Source: an uncultured Chloroflexia bacterium
Lineage (GTDB): Bacteria > Chloroflexota > Limnocylindria > Limnocylindrales > CSP1-4
NCBI GenBank assembly: GCA_963755285.1
Contig: CAVWJB010000001.1
Coordinates: forward strand, 295,333-359,332
Reading direction: 5' to 3'
Length of the DNA: 64,000 nucleotides
Within the stretch, counting starts at the first letter, position 1; every line of letters begins with the position of its first letter. Made by a program: the position numbers and the translations under genes. Positions 15,759 to 24,073 of the stretch are shown one piece after another. The notes below the pieces were generated by a model. The model saw only the letters and a list, made by a program, of their open reading frames with translations, ran no database searches and was not told where the DNA came from.

Positions 15759-16669
15759 GGCCGGGCCACCAGTCGCGAAGGGTCTCCGGCTGGCGCGGCG
15801 CCTCCCGGCCGGAGGAGGGCCACGTTGCGCGGCGCCGATCGCCCGGCAAGCACGAGCGCCTCGATGACCTGGGCGGCACCTTCGTCGCCGAGCGGCGGAG
15901 CCACGTAGCGGGCAACTGCCCGGACCGCCGGCGGGGCCGACGGCATCGCCACGCCATGCCCGGTCGCCGCGATCATCTCGAAGTCGTTGTACTGGTCGCC
16001 CATCGCCAGCGCCTGGTCGAGCGGGATCCCGAGTCGACGGGCAAGCCAGCGGACGGCGTGACCCTTTGAGACGCCGGGTCCCAGGAACTCGAGGAACTCC
16101 GGATGGCTCACGGTGACCTCGGCGCGGCCCGCGAAGTGGGCCCGGGCAGCGTCGAGCTCGGCCAGCGGGGCGCCCGGGTCGCCGACGGCGAGGACCTTCG
16201 AGACCGGATGGCGGATCCAGCGCTCGAGGTCCGGGACGATCTCCGCGCGCGCACCCAGAAACGCCGAGTAATCGTCCGTGCGCGGGTCGCCGGTCGGGAT
16301 GATGAACCGCTCGAGGTGGTTGAGGTGCGGTGCGAAGCCGCGCTCGCGGGTCCAGCGGATCGTCTCCCGGGCAACCGCGGCCGGCAGCGGCCGGTGGTAG
16401 ATGAGCCGTCCCAGCCGACGTCCGGGTGCGGGCATCTCACGGACCAGCGCACCCTGGTAGGCGATGATCGGGTCGTGCAGCCCGAGCTCGGCGGCGAACG
16501 GCTGGGCGCTGGTCGACATCCGCCCGGTGGCGAGCGCGACGTGGACCCCGCGCCGAACCGCTCCCATGATCGCCGCCCGGGTCCGGGGCCGGAGGGTCAG
16601 GTCGGGGCCGACCAGCGTCCCGTCGAGATCGAGGGCAAGCAGCAGGATCGGGAACCGCGGGGTCGCCAC
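15755..16669 (-). CDS. Cof-type HAD-IIB family hydrolase
   Basis: GTG start at 16669 (VATPRFPILLLALDLDGTLV, with DxDGT HAD motif I). The C-terminal motif is GDQYNDFEM. The N-terminal part of track ORF 15755..17200 is an out-of-frame overlap with prmC. Confidence 0.8.
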   Translation of the reverse strand: MATPRFPILLLALDLDGTLVGPDLTLRPRTRAAIMGAVRRGVHVALATGRMSTSAQPFAAELGLHDPIIAYQGALVREMPAPGRRLGRLIYHRPLPAAVARETIRWTRERGFAPHLNHLERFIIPTGDPRTDDYSAFLGARAEIVPDLERWIRHPVSKVLAVGDPGAPLAELDAARAHFAGRAEVTVSHPEFLEFLGPGVSKGHAVRWLARRLGIPLDQALAMGDQYNDFEMIAATGHGVAMPSAPPAVRAVARYVAPPLGDEGAAQVIEALVLAGRSAPRNVALLRPGGAAPAGDPSRLVARP

Positions 16670-16673
16670 GGAG

Positions 16674-17585
16674 CTAGGCGAGCGGGTCGGTCGGACGAGG
16701 CTCCAGCCGGGCCACCCGGGGCAGGCCGGACAGGTCGGGGAGCACCTCGCATGACCAGCCGGGCATCCGCGCGGCGACCTCCGCGGTGAGACGCTCGCCC
16801 TGGTCGGAGCCGATCTCGACGAGGGCGACCCCGTCGGACCGGAGCACGCGCGGGACCCGATCGAGCAACGCTCGGATGATCTCCAGGCCGTCCGATCCGC
16901 CGTCGAGCGCCTGCCGCGGCTCGAACGAGGCAGCGACCGGCAGGCGCTCGATGTCGCTCGTCGGGATGTAGGGGAGATTGGCGGCCAGCACGTCGAGCCG
17001 CTCGCCATCGAGCGGCAGCAGGTCGCTGACGACGAACTCGATCCGATCGGCGACGACGTGGCCGACGGCGTTCTCGCGGGCCAGCCGGATGGCGTCCGAG
17101 TCGAGATCCGTGGCCAGGATCCTGACTTCGTCGAGCATCTTCCGCCGGCGCAGCGCGACCGCCAGCGCGATCGCGATCGTGCCGGCGCCCGTCCCGACAT
17201 CCGCGACCCGGACCGGTGGCGTCCCGGTCGGTCGCGGCGCGGCCAGCAGCCGGGTCACGACCTCGGCTTCCGCCAGGTCCACGACCCGCTCGGTCTCGGG
17301 CCGTGGGATCAGCGCCCGCGAATCGATCGCGAAGGCAAGTCCGTGGAACTCCTTGAGGCCGCGGATGTAGGCGATCGGCTCGCCGCGCTCGCGACGGGTG
17401 AGATCTGCCTCGTAGGCGGCAGCCGCGGCCTCGCCGACCGGCGCCTCGGGGTAGGCGATGATCCGGGTCCGATCGAGGCCGACCGACTTGCCGAGCAGCA
17501 GCTCCGCGTCGAGGCGCGGACTGTCCGAGCCTGACGCGCGCAGGCGGTCCACCCCGATCCTGAGGAGCTCCTCGACGGTCGCCAT
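16674..17585 (-). CDS. prmC: Release-factor glutamine N5-methyltransferase
   Basis: 303-aa ORF with the HemK-type N-terminus, the SAM motif VADVGTGAGTIA, and motif IV present as NLPY rather than NPPY. It lies directly downstream of prfA. Confidence 0.88.
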   Translation of the reverse strand: MATVEELLRIGVDRLRASGSDSPRLDAELLLGKSVGLDRTRIIAYPEAPVGEAAAAAYEADLTRRERGEPIAYIRGLKEFHGLAFAIDSRALIPRPETERVVDLAEAEVVTRLLAAPRPTGTPPVRVADVGTGAGTIAIALAVALRRRKMLDEVRILATDLDSDAIRLARENAVGHVVADRIEFVVSDLLPLDGERLDVLAANLPYIPTSDIERLPVAASFEPRQALDGGSDGLEIIRALLDRVPRVLRSDGVALVEIGSDQGERLTAEVAARMPGWSCEVLPDLSGLPRVARLEPRPTDPLA

Positions 17586-17615
17586 GGGCCCGGCGGCTGC
17601 GCGCGCGGTCCGGCC

Positions 17616-18707
17616 TCAGCCGGCCGCACCGTCCTCGTCGAGCGCCGCCAGGCGCTCCGCCTGGTCGGTCGTGATCAGGGCGTCGATCAGCCGATCGAGG
17701 TCCCCGTTGAGCACCCGGGGCAGGTTCGACAGGTCCATCTTGATCCGGTGGTCGGTGACCCGGTCCTGGGGATAGTTATAGGTCCTGATCTTGTCGGCCC
17801 GATCACCGGCCCCGATCATCGACCGGCGGGCAACGGAGTCGGCCGCCCGCTGCTCGGCACGCTGGTCCTCGAGGAGCCTGGCCCGGAGCACGGCCATCGC
17901 CTTGGCCTTGTTCTTGTGCTGGCTCTTCTCGTCCTGGATCTCGACCACCTTGCCGGTCGGCAGATGGGTGATCCGGACGGCCGAGTCGGTGGTGTTGACC
18001 GACTGTCCGCCGGGACCGGACGAGCGCTTGACCTCGATCCGGAGGTCCTTGTCCTCGTCGATCTCGATCTCGCTCTCCTCGACCTCGGGCAGCACGACCA
18101 CGGTCGCCGTCGAGGTGTGGATCCGGCCCGAGGACTCGGTCGCCGGCACCCGCTGGACCCGGTGGGTGCCGCCTTCGAACTTGAGCCGCGAATACGCTCC
18201 GTCGCCGCTGACCTCGACGATCGCCTCCTTGATCCCGCCGATGCCGGTCTCGTTGATCGAGATCGCCTCGGTCCGATAGCGGTGCTTGTCGGCGTAGGCC
18301 TGGTACATCCGGAGCAGCTCGGCCGCGAACAGGGCCGCCTCGTCGCCACCGGCACCGGCCCGGATCTCGAGGATGACGTCTCCGTCGTCGGCGGGGTCAC
18401 GCGGCAGGAGCAGGACCTTGAGCTCGTCGATCAGGCGGGTCTCGTCCGCCTCGAGCCGGATGATCTCGTCGTGAGCGAGCGCCTTGAGCTCGTCGTCGCT
18501 CTCCCCGTCACGGATCTCCCGGGCACCGGCGAGCTCGGCCCGGGTCGCCTCGAGCCGGCGGATGGCGAGGACGACCGGCTCGAGCCGGGCGAGCTCGCGA
18601 CCGAGCCGACGGAGCGCATCCGGGTCGGTCGACGTCTCGGGCCGGGCGAGCTCGGACTGGACGGCCTCGTACCTCGAGACCACCTCGCGGAGCGCGTCGT
18701 CGATCAT
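17616..18707 (-). CDS. prfA: Peptide chain release factor 1
   Basis: 363-aa ORF with the RF1 tripeptide PAT (RVPATES) and the GGQ motif ([16 protein letters not shown]). Confidence 0.96.
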   Translation of the reverse strand: MIDDALREVVSRYEAVQSELARPETSTDPDALRRLGRELARLEPVVLAIRRLEATRAELAGAREIRDGESDDELKALAHDEIIRLEADETRLIDELKVLLLPRDPADDGDVILEIRAGAGGDEAALFAAELLRMYQAYADKHRYRTEAISINETGIGGIKEAIVEVSGDGAYSRLKFEGGTHRVQRVPATESSGRIHTSTATVVVLPEVEESEIEIDEDKDLRIEVKRSSGPGGQSVNTTDSAVRITHLPTGKVVEIQDEKSQHKNKAKAMAVLRARLLEDQRAEQRAADSVARRSMIGAGDRADKIRTYNYPQDRVTDHRIKMDLSNLPRVLNGDLDRLIDALITTDQAERLAALDEDGAAG

Positions 18708-19783
18708 GCGCCCGACGCGGGGAGGTCGGTCTCGGTCGGTCCCATCCCGGTCGTCCCGCCGATCGGCCCAGCCGGCTCGGCTGCGGCCGGATCGCGGTCG
18801 ACGGCTTCCCCGTCGGTCCCCTCGATCTCCTGCTCCGCGGCTCGTTGCCTCTTGAACCGGGCCTCGGCGATGGTCAACGGCTCCCGCTCGAACGCGGCAC
18901 TGCCGTCCGGGACCGCCTCGCCGTCGGCGACGAGCGCCTGCTCCATCGACACGATCGCGACCTCGATCATGTCGTCGGTCGGCTGGCGGGTCGTGATCTT
19001 CTGGACCCAGATCCCGGGCGTCATGATCGCCTTGACGACCGGGTTGGCGCGGTGACGCGCGCCGAGCCTGAGCAGCTCGTAGCCGAGCGCGGCGATGACC
19101 GGGATGAGCAGGATCCGGCTGACCACCATGACGACCGGGGTCTGCCGGCCGACGAGGCTGAACAGGAGGATCGAGAGGGCGATGACGACGACGAGGAACT
19201 CGGTCCCGCAGCGCTGGTGGGCGGTCGGGTACTTGCGGACCTCGGCCGTCGTCAGCGGGTCGCCGGCTTCCCAGGCGTGGATCGTCATGTGCTCGGCGCC
19301 GTGGTACTGGAACACGCGCCGGATGTCCTTGGCCTGGGCGATCAGGACGAGGTAGCCGAGGAAGATCGCGACCCGGACGAGGCCTTCGACCAGGTGCTGA
19401 ACGAAGCCGTTGTCGATCTGGCTGGTCGTGAACGTGGCGATCACGAGCGGCAGGAGGAAGAAGACCCCGATCCCCGCCGCGAGCGTCAGGAACAACATCA
19501 GGGCGATGGCCCCCCGGCCGAGCTCGACGCCCTCCTCCGAGGCGGCCAGCGACGCCGATCGCACGAGCCAGCGGGTCCCGACGACGAGCGTCTCGTAGAG
19601 CACGACGAGGCCCCGTACGAACGGCAGCCTGGCCCAGCGACTGCCGTGGAAGCCCGAGTCGAGCCGCTCGGTGTCCCAGACGATCCCGCCCTCGGGGCTC
19701 CGGAAGGCGACCGCGATCGCGTCGCGGCCGCGCATCAGGACGCCCTCGATCAGGGCCTGCCCGCCGTAGGTGTAGCGCGCCAT
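18704..19783 (-). CDS. DUF1385 (YqhQ-like) membrane protein
   Basis: 359-aa ORF with the N-terminus YGGQALIEGVLMRG, the motif YHGAEH, several TM helices and an acidic C-terminal tail. Its end overlaps the prfA start. Confidence 0.78.
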   Translation of the reverse strand: MARYTYGGQALIEGVLMRGRDAIAVAFRSPEGGIVWDTERLDSGFHGSRWARLPFVRGLVVLYETLVVGTRWLVRSASLAASEEGVELGRGAIALMLFLTLAAGIGVFFLLPLVIATFTTSQIDNGFVQHLVEGLVRVAIFLGYLVLIAQAKDIRRVFQYHGAEHMTIHAWEAGDPLTTAEVRKYPTAHQRCGTEFLVVVIALSILLFSLVGRQTPVVMVVSRILLIPVIAALGYELLRLGARHRANPVVKAIMTPGIWVQKITTRQPTDDMIEVAIVSMEQALVADGEAVPDGSAAFEREPLTIAEARFKRQRAAEQEIEGTDGEAVDRDPAAAEPAGPIGGTTGMGPTETDLPASGA

Positions 19784-19835
19784 GCCGGAAGTCTACCGGC
19801 TCGCCGGTGAGTGACCGGCGCCGCTCAACCCGCGA

Positions 19836-20048
19836 CTACGCCCGTGCCGACCGCTCCAGCCGCTTCTGGAAGCGCTCGACCTGGCCGGCGGTGTCGATGA
19901 TCGTCTGCTTGCCGGTGTAGAACGGGTGGCAGTTGCTGCAGACGTCGACACGCAGCTCGGGCCGGGTGGAGCCGACCGTGAACGTCGTTCCACACGAGCC
20001 GCAGTGGACCTCGGCCTGGTAGTACTTGGGATGGATGTCGGGCTTCAC
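19836..20048 (-). CDS. rpmE: 50S ribosomal protein L31
   Basis: 70 aa, MKPDIHPKYY...CSCG...CSNCHPFYTGKQ (Zn-binding type A). GTG start preceded by GGAGGAG. Confidence 0.95.
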   Translation of the reverse strand: MKPDIHPKYYQAEVHCGSCGTTFTVGSTRPELRVDVCSNCHPFYTGKQTIIDTAGQVERFQKRLERSARA

Positions 20049-20117
20049 GACGGGGTTCTCCTCCGGCGCCGTCCGAACGGGTCTGGCCCGCCGGTGGTCG
20101 TCGGCTATGGTGCTGGG

Positions 20118-20384
20118 CTACGCGTCGGCCGCGACCGGCTCGACCCGGATGCGCTTCTTCGATCTGGTCCGATGCTCGAAATGGACCTTCCCGGTGACGG
20201 TCGCGAAGACCGTGTAGTCGCGCCCGAGCCCGGTGCCGTCGCCGGCCAGGAAGGTCATCCCGCGCTGGCGGACGATGATCGAGCCGGCCGGCACGAGCTG
20301 GCCGTCGCCGACCTTCACGCCGAGGCGCTGACCGACGCTGTCGCGACCGTTCTTGGAGCTCGAGCCTGCCTTCTTGTGGGCCAT
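20118..20384 (-). CDS. rpmA: 50S ribosomal protein L27
   Basis: 88 aa, [22 protein letters not shown]...IIVRQRG. Confidence 0.95.
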   Translation of the reverse strand: MAHKKAGSSSKNGRDSVGQRLGVKVGDGQLVPAGSIIVRQRGMTFLAGDGTGLGRDYTVFATVTGKVHFEHRTRSKKRIRVEPVAADA

Positions 20385-20390
20385 CGGGGT

Positions 20391-21074
20391 CTACTCGTCC
20401 TTCTTCGTGGCGCGTGACGGCTTCGGCGCCGGCTTCGCGGCTGCGTCCGGCTTGACCGTTGGGGTCGTCTTCTTCGTGGCAGCGGCCTTCGTGGCGGGCG
20501 CCGCAGCCTTGGGGCTGGTCTTGGGGGCTGCCGCCGGTGCAGCGTCGGCCTTGGCGGCCGGCTTGCGCGCCGCCGGCTTTCTGGTCGCCGCTGCGGTGGG
20601 CTCCGCGTCGGCCTTGGTGGCCTTGGGAGCCTTCGCGGCGGCGAGCTTCGCGGCCAGCGCCGCGTCCTCGGCTGCCTGGCGTCGAGCGGCCTCCTCCAGT
20701 CGCTGACGCTCGGTCTTGGCCTCGGACTCGGCCTTCTCGACCGCGGCGGCGGCACTCTTGCCGTTGAGCACGATGTCGGCGATCCGCAGGACGTGGAGCT
20801 CCTGACGGTGGCCCTTCTTGACCCGCCGGCGTGCCTTCGGGCGGTACTTGAACGAGATGACCTTCTCACCGCGCTCCTGGCGCAGCACCTCGGCGCTCAC
20901 GCTGGCGTCGGCCACCACCGGGTGACCGATCGCGGCCGTGTCGCCGTCGGCCACGAGCAGCACGCGGTCGATCGTCACGGTGTCCCCGGCCTTGGCGTCG
21001 AGGAGCTCGACCTCGAGCTGGGTACCGACTTCGACGCGGTACTGCTTCCCGCCGGTCTCGATGACTGCGTACAT
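20391..21074 (-). CDS. rplU: 50S ribosomal protein L21 with a roughly 125-aa Ala/Lys/Pro-rich C-terminal extension
   Basis: The N-terminal 103 aa (MYAVIETGGKQYRV...KKGHRQ) are canonical L21. Residues from about 104 to 227 are a low-complexity AKP-rich tail. Confidence 0.9.
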   Translation of the reverse strand: MYAVIETGGKQYRVEVGTQLEVELLDAKAGDTVTIDRVLLVADGDTAAIGHPVVADASVSAEVLRQERGEKVISFKYRPKARRRVKKGHRQELHVLRIADIVLNGKSAAAAVEKAESEAKTERQRLEEAARRQAAEDAALAAKLAAAKAPKATKADAEPTAAATRKPAARKPAAKADAAPAAAPKTSPKAAAPATKAAATKKTTPTVKPDAAAKPAPKPSRATKKDE

Positions 21075-21134
21075 GGATCCTCAGGGCGTTCGGGGACAGG
21101 CTGAAGCGCCGACCTGCTGCTGGCGCGAACGCGA

Positions 21135-21163
21135 ATGGTACGGCGAGCGTGCCCGAGCGTCAA
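21135..21163 (-). promoter_or_regulatory. Candidate sigma-70-type promoter for rplU-rpmA
   Basis: On the minus strand: TTGACG (21163-21158), a 17-nt spacer, then TACCAT (21140-21135). This leaves a leader of about 54 nt containing complementary GCGTTCG / CGAACGC arms. Confidence 0.4.
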
Positions 21164-21922
21164 ACGTGGGCCGCAGTCTCGTCCGTCAGGAGCCGCTCCC
21201 GGACGACCCGATCGACGGGGACCGCCTGGCCAAGGGCATCCGCCAGGGCCAGGATGACTTCGTCCGGCCGGCCGCTCGCTGCGTCGAGCGAGATCCGGAG
21301 TCGCATCCGGATCGTGGCCCTGCCGGACCTCGCCGGCTGGGCCGTGACGTCTGCTGCTCCGACTTCGGGTGCCACGACCTCGGGCGCCACGACCTGGGCC
21401 CCCACGACGAGGGGGCGAAGGTCGTAATCGACGACTCGTCCGTCGCCCCTTGCTCGACTGCGGGGAAGGCTGTCGGCCGCGAGCAGCTCCTCGCAGGCCC
21501 GGGCGAGCGCGGCGGTTGGCGGCGGTGCGCACGTCGACCCGGTAGTCGGCCGCCACGAGCCTGGTCGCCAGCGGCGGCTCGCCGAGCCAGACGTCGAACA
21601 GGTCGATCAGCCGGTCGCCGTCCGGCAGGTGCCCGGCGATCCGGGTCCGGACCTCGGCCAGCGTCAGCCGATCGGTGAGGACGACGTCGACGACCTCCGC
21701 CTCGCCCGCCACTCCGGGCGGCAAGGGCATCGCCAGCATCACCCGGGGCCGGGGCGACTTCGCCTGGCTGGCCGCGATCGGGAGACCGGCCGCAGACAGG
21801 GCGCCCACCCACGCCTCGACCGACTCGGGACGGGCGTCCGGCGACGGATCGGGATCGCGCCCGAACACGATCCGCCAGCGCTGGCGAGCCTCGCCGGGCC
21901 CCCGTCCGGAACGGTCGTCCAC
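21160..21922 (-). CDS. DUF2344 / TIGR03936-type radical-SAM-associated protein, with an apparent frameshift
   Basis: The N-terminal part is RWRIVFGRD...PRVMLAMPLPPGVAGEAEVVDV...AADYRVDV. The conserved continuation ALARACEELLAADSLPRSRARGDGRVVDYDLRPLV...RMRLRISLDAASGRPDEV lies in another frame (ORF 21160..21405 and upstream of it). The junction is at about 21510-21531. The start is uncertain; the GTG at 21922 is my pick. Confidence 0.65.
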
Positions 21923-21928
21923 GTCTGC

Positions 21929-21934
21929 TAGTCT
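21929..21934 (+). promoter_or_regulatory. Candidate -10 element (TAGTCT) giving a leaderless AI-2E transporter mRNA
   Basis: The TANNNT hexamer ends 7 nt before the ATG at 21942. There is no SD sequence in between. Confidence 0.3.
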
Positions 21935-21941
21935 GACCGAG

Positions 21942-23192
21942 ATGGAGCCCGACGCCCGAGCGGTCCCGCCGGCGAGGACTGCCGATCCCGGGACGGACGG
22001 TCCCCGGTCCGGGGGGCAGGCGATCCGCCTCCGCGCTCCGACCCCCCGGGTGGCTGTCGTCATCGGTGCCGTCGTCGTCGGCGGGATCGTCGTGTTCGCT
22101 GCCGGTTCGGCGATTCGCCCGTTCGTCGTCGGCCTCCTCCTCGCCTACCTCCTCGATCCGCTCGTCGAGCGCTTCGCCCGGCGCGGGGTACCGCGGGGGC
22201 TGTCGGTGCTGCTCGTCTTCGCGATCGTGATCGGGCTGATCGTGCTTGCCCTTTCGATCGCGCTCCCGCCGCTTGTCCGGCAGATCGCGACGTTCACCGA
22301 CGAGCTGCCATCGATCCTCGCCCAGATCCAGTACCAGCTCGATCATCTCAACGAGCTCTACGATCGGCTCGGGCTCGGGACCGAGCTGAGGTCGCTTGCC
22401 GACACCGTGGTGGCCGCGGCGATCGACGCCGTCCACCACCTCGACATCAGCTTCCTCCAGCCCCTGATCGACAGCGCGGCATCCTTCGTCAGCTCGATCT
22501 TCGGGTACCTGATCCTGCCGGCCTGGTTGTTCTTCCTGCTCAAGGACCGGCCGAAGCTCCGGGCCGGGGCCGATCGGGCGCTGCCGACCGCCTGGCGAGC
22601 GGACACCTGGGCGATCGTGGGCATCGTCCACGAGGTCTTCGGCAAGTGGGTCCGCGGGCAGCTCGTGCTGGGGGGCGTCGTCGCGCTGGCGTCGTTCGTC
22701 GGGCTGACCGTGCTCGGCATCTTCGTCGACCCGATCTTCGGCCGGTTCGCGGTCCTGCTGGCGATCATCGCCGGGTTGGGCGAGCTCATCCCGATCATCG
22801 GACCGATCATCTCGGCCATTCCGGCGGTGCTCCTCGGGCTCACCGCGGGACCGGGGCCGGCACTCGCTGCGCTGCTGCTCTACCTGGGCATCCAGCTTGT
22901 CGAGAACAACTTCCTCGTGCCCAAGATCCAGAGCGACGCGATCGACCTCCACCCGAGCGCGATCATCACTGCGCTCGTCATCGGCGGAGCGATCTTCGGC
23001 CTGCTCGGGGCGATCCTCGCCCTGCCGGTGACGGCCGCGTTCCGCGACGTCTTCAAGTACGTGTTCCGGCGAGCCAGCGACATCGGCGGCGCCGAGCCCG
23101 ACGGGCCGCCGTCGTCCGATGCGGAGGTGAGCGCGATGGAGGCGGCGGGCGCCCGGTTCGCGGTCGACGCCGGGGCGGAGTCCGTGCGATGA
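21942..23192 (+). CDS. AI-2E family transporter (PerM/UPF0118)
   Basis: The start is the ATG at 21942. It has about 8 TM helices and the conserved C-terminal core GELIPIIGPIISAIPAVLL...LVENNFLVPKI. The track ORF from 21675 is an upstream extension. Confidence 0.85.
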   Translation: MEPDARAVPPARTADPGTDGPRSGGQAIRLRAPTPRVAVVIGAVVVGGIVVFAAGSAIRPFVVGLLLAYLLDPLVERFARRGVPRGLSVLLVFAIVIGLIVLALSIALPPLVRQIATFTDELPSILAQIQYQLDHLNELYDRLGLGTELRSLADTVVAAAIDAVHHLDISFLQPLIDSAASFVSSIFGYLILPAWLFFLLKDRPKLRAGADRALPTAWRADTWAIVGIVHEVFGKWVRGQLVLGGVVALASFVGLTVLGIFVDPIFGRFAVLLAIIAGLGELIPIIGPIISAIPAVLLGLTAGPGPALAALLLYLGIQLVENNFLVPKIQSDAIDLHPSAIITALVIGGAIFGLLGAILALPVTAAFRDVFKYVFRRASDIGGAEPDGPPSSDAEVSAMEAAGARFAVDAGAESVR

Positions 23193-23962
23193 GCCCCGAG
23201 CCCGATCCGCGGTTCGACCCCTATCGAGTCCTCCAGGTCGATCCGGAAGCGGATGACGAGATCATCCAGGTGGTGTACCGGCGCCTGGCCCGGATGAACC
23301 ACCCGGACGTGGCGCCGGGGCCCGAGGCCGCGGCCAGGATGACCGAGATCAACGCGGCGATGGAGATCCTCGGCGATCCAGTCCGCCGTGCGACCTATAA
23401 CCGCGGGCGGGATTTCCTCCTCGCCCAGGAGCGGAGCGCGGCGGCTGCGGCCGAGTCGGCGGCTGCGGCCGGCCAGGGATCGAGCGATCCGCCTGGGGCG
23501 ACCCCGGGCAGTCCCGGCGTCGGCAGCGCTCCGGGCTCGGGGGGCGAGGCATGGGACGCCAAGAGTCGACCCGGCCACGGTCGGAGCCCTGGCGGTGCCC
23601 CGACCGGGACCGCCCAGCCGCCGCCACAGCCGCCACCGCAGACCGTGTCGCCGGACTGGACGATCGGCCGGTCGACGATCGGCGGCGTCTACGACCCGTC
23701 GAAGATGCGGACTCCGGACGGCGAGGGGGCGGCCGGTCCGCCGCCCGGCAATCCGTCCGGCACGGTCCTCAACTTCGGCCGCTACAACGGCTGGTCGCTC
23801 GGCGAGATCGCCCGCAAGGACCTCGAGTACCTCGAGTGGCTGGATCGGATGGCGATCGGCCGGACCTACCGCGGCGAGATCGACACGCTCCTTCGGCAGG
23901 CCGGCCGGCGGCGCGTCTCCAAGGTCGACGACGAGCGCAGGGGGCTGTTCCGGCGTCGCTGA
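23189..23962 (+). CDS. J-domain protein with a DUF3820-like C-terminal domain
   Basis: The N-terminal J domain is DPYRVLQVDPEADDEIIQVVYRRLARMNHPD (HPD motif). A long Pro/Gly/Ala linker follows. The C-terminus FGRYNGWSLGEIARKDLEYLEWL resembles DUF3820. The ATG overlaps the transporter stop (ATGA). Confidence 0.75.
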   Translation: MSPEPDPRFDPYRVLQVDPEADDEIIQVVYRRLARMNHPDVAPGPEAAARMTEINAAMEILGDPVRRATYNRGRDFLLAQERSAAAAAESAAAAGQGSSDPPGATPGSPGVGSAPGSGGEAWDAKSRPGHGRSPGGAPTGTAQPPPQPPPQTVSPDWTIGRSTIGGVYDPSKMRTPDGEGAAGPPPGNPSGTVLNFGRYNGWSLGEIARKDLEYLEWLDRMAIGRTYRGEIDTLLRQAGRRRVSKVDDERRGLFRRR

Positions 23963-24041
23963 GCCCACGCCGGGTTCAGGCGAGGGTCAGGTCGGCGAGC
24001 CCGACAGAGCCGGGTTCCGTGCCGTGGCAGACCACCCACTC

Positions 24042-24073
24042 GGGCGTATCGAAGATGGGACGGAGTCCCGCCC
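24042..24073 (-). terminator. Possible intrinsic terminator after rodA (convergent with the J-domain gene)
   Basis: The minus-strand RNA reads GGGCGGGAC-UCC-GUCCC followed by AUCUUCGAU. It begins 1 nt after the rodA stop. Confidence 0.3.

Noticed and set aside
21186-22952. 588-aa minus-strand ORF
   Set aside because: It is antisense to the AI-2E transporter and out of frame with DUF2344. Its composition is extremely rich in Arg, Asp and Pro.
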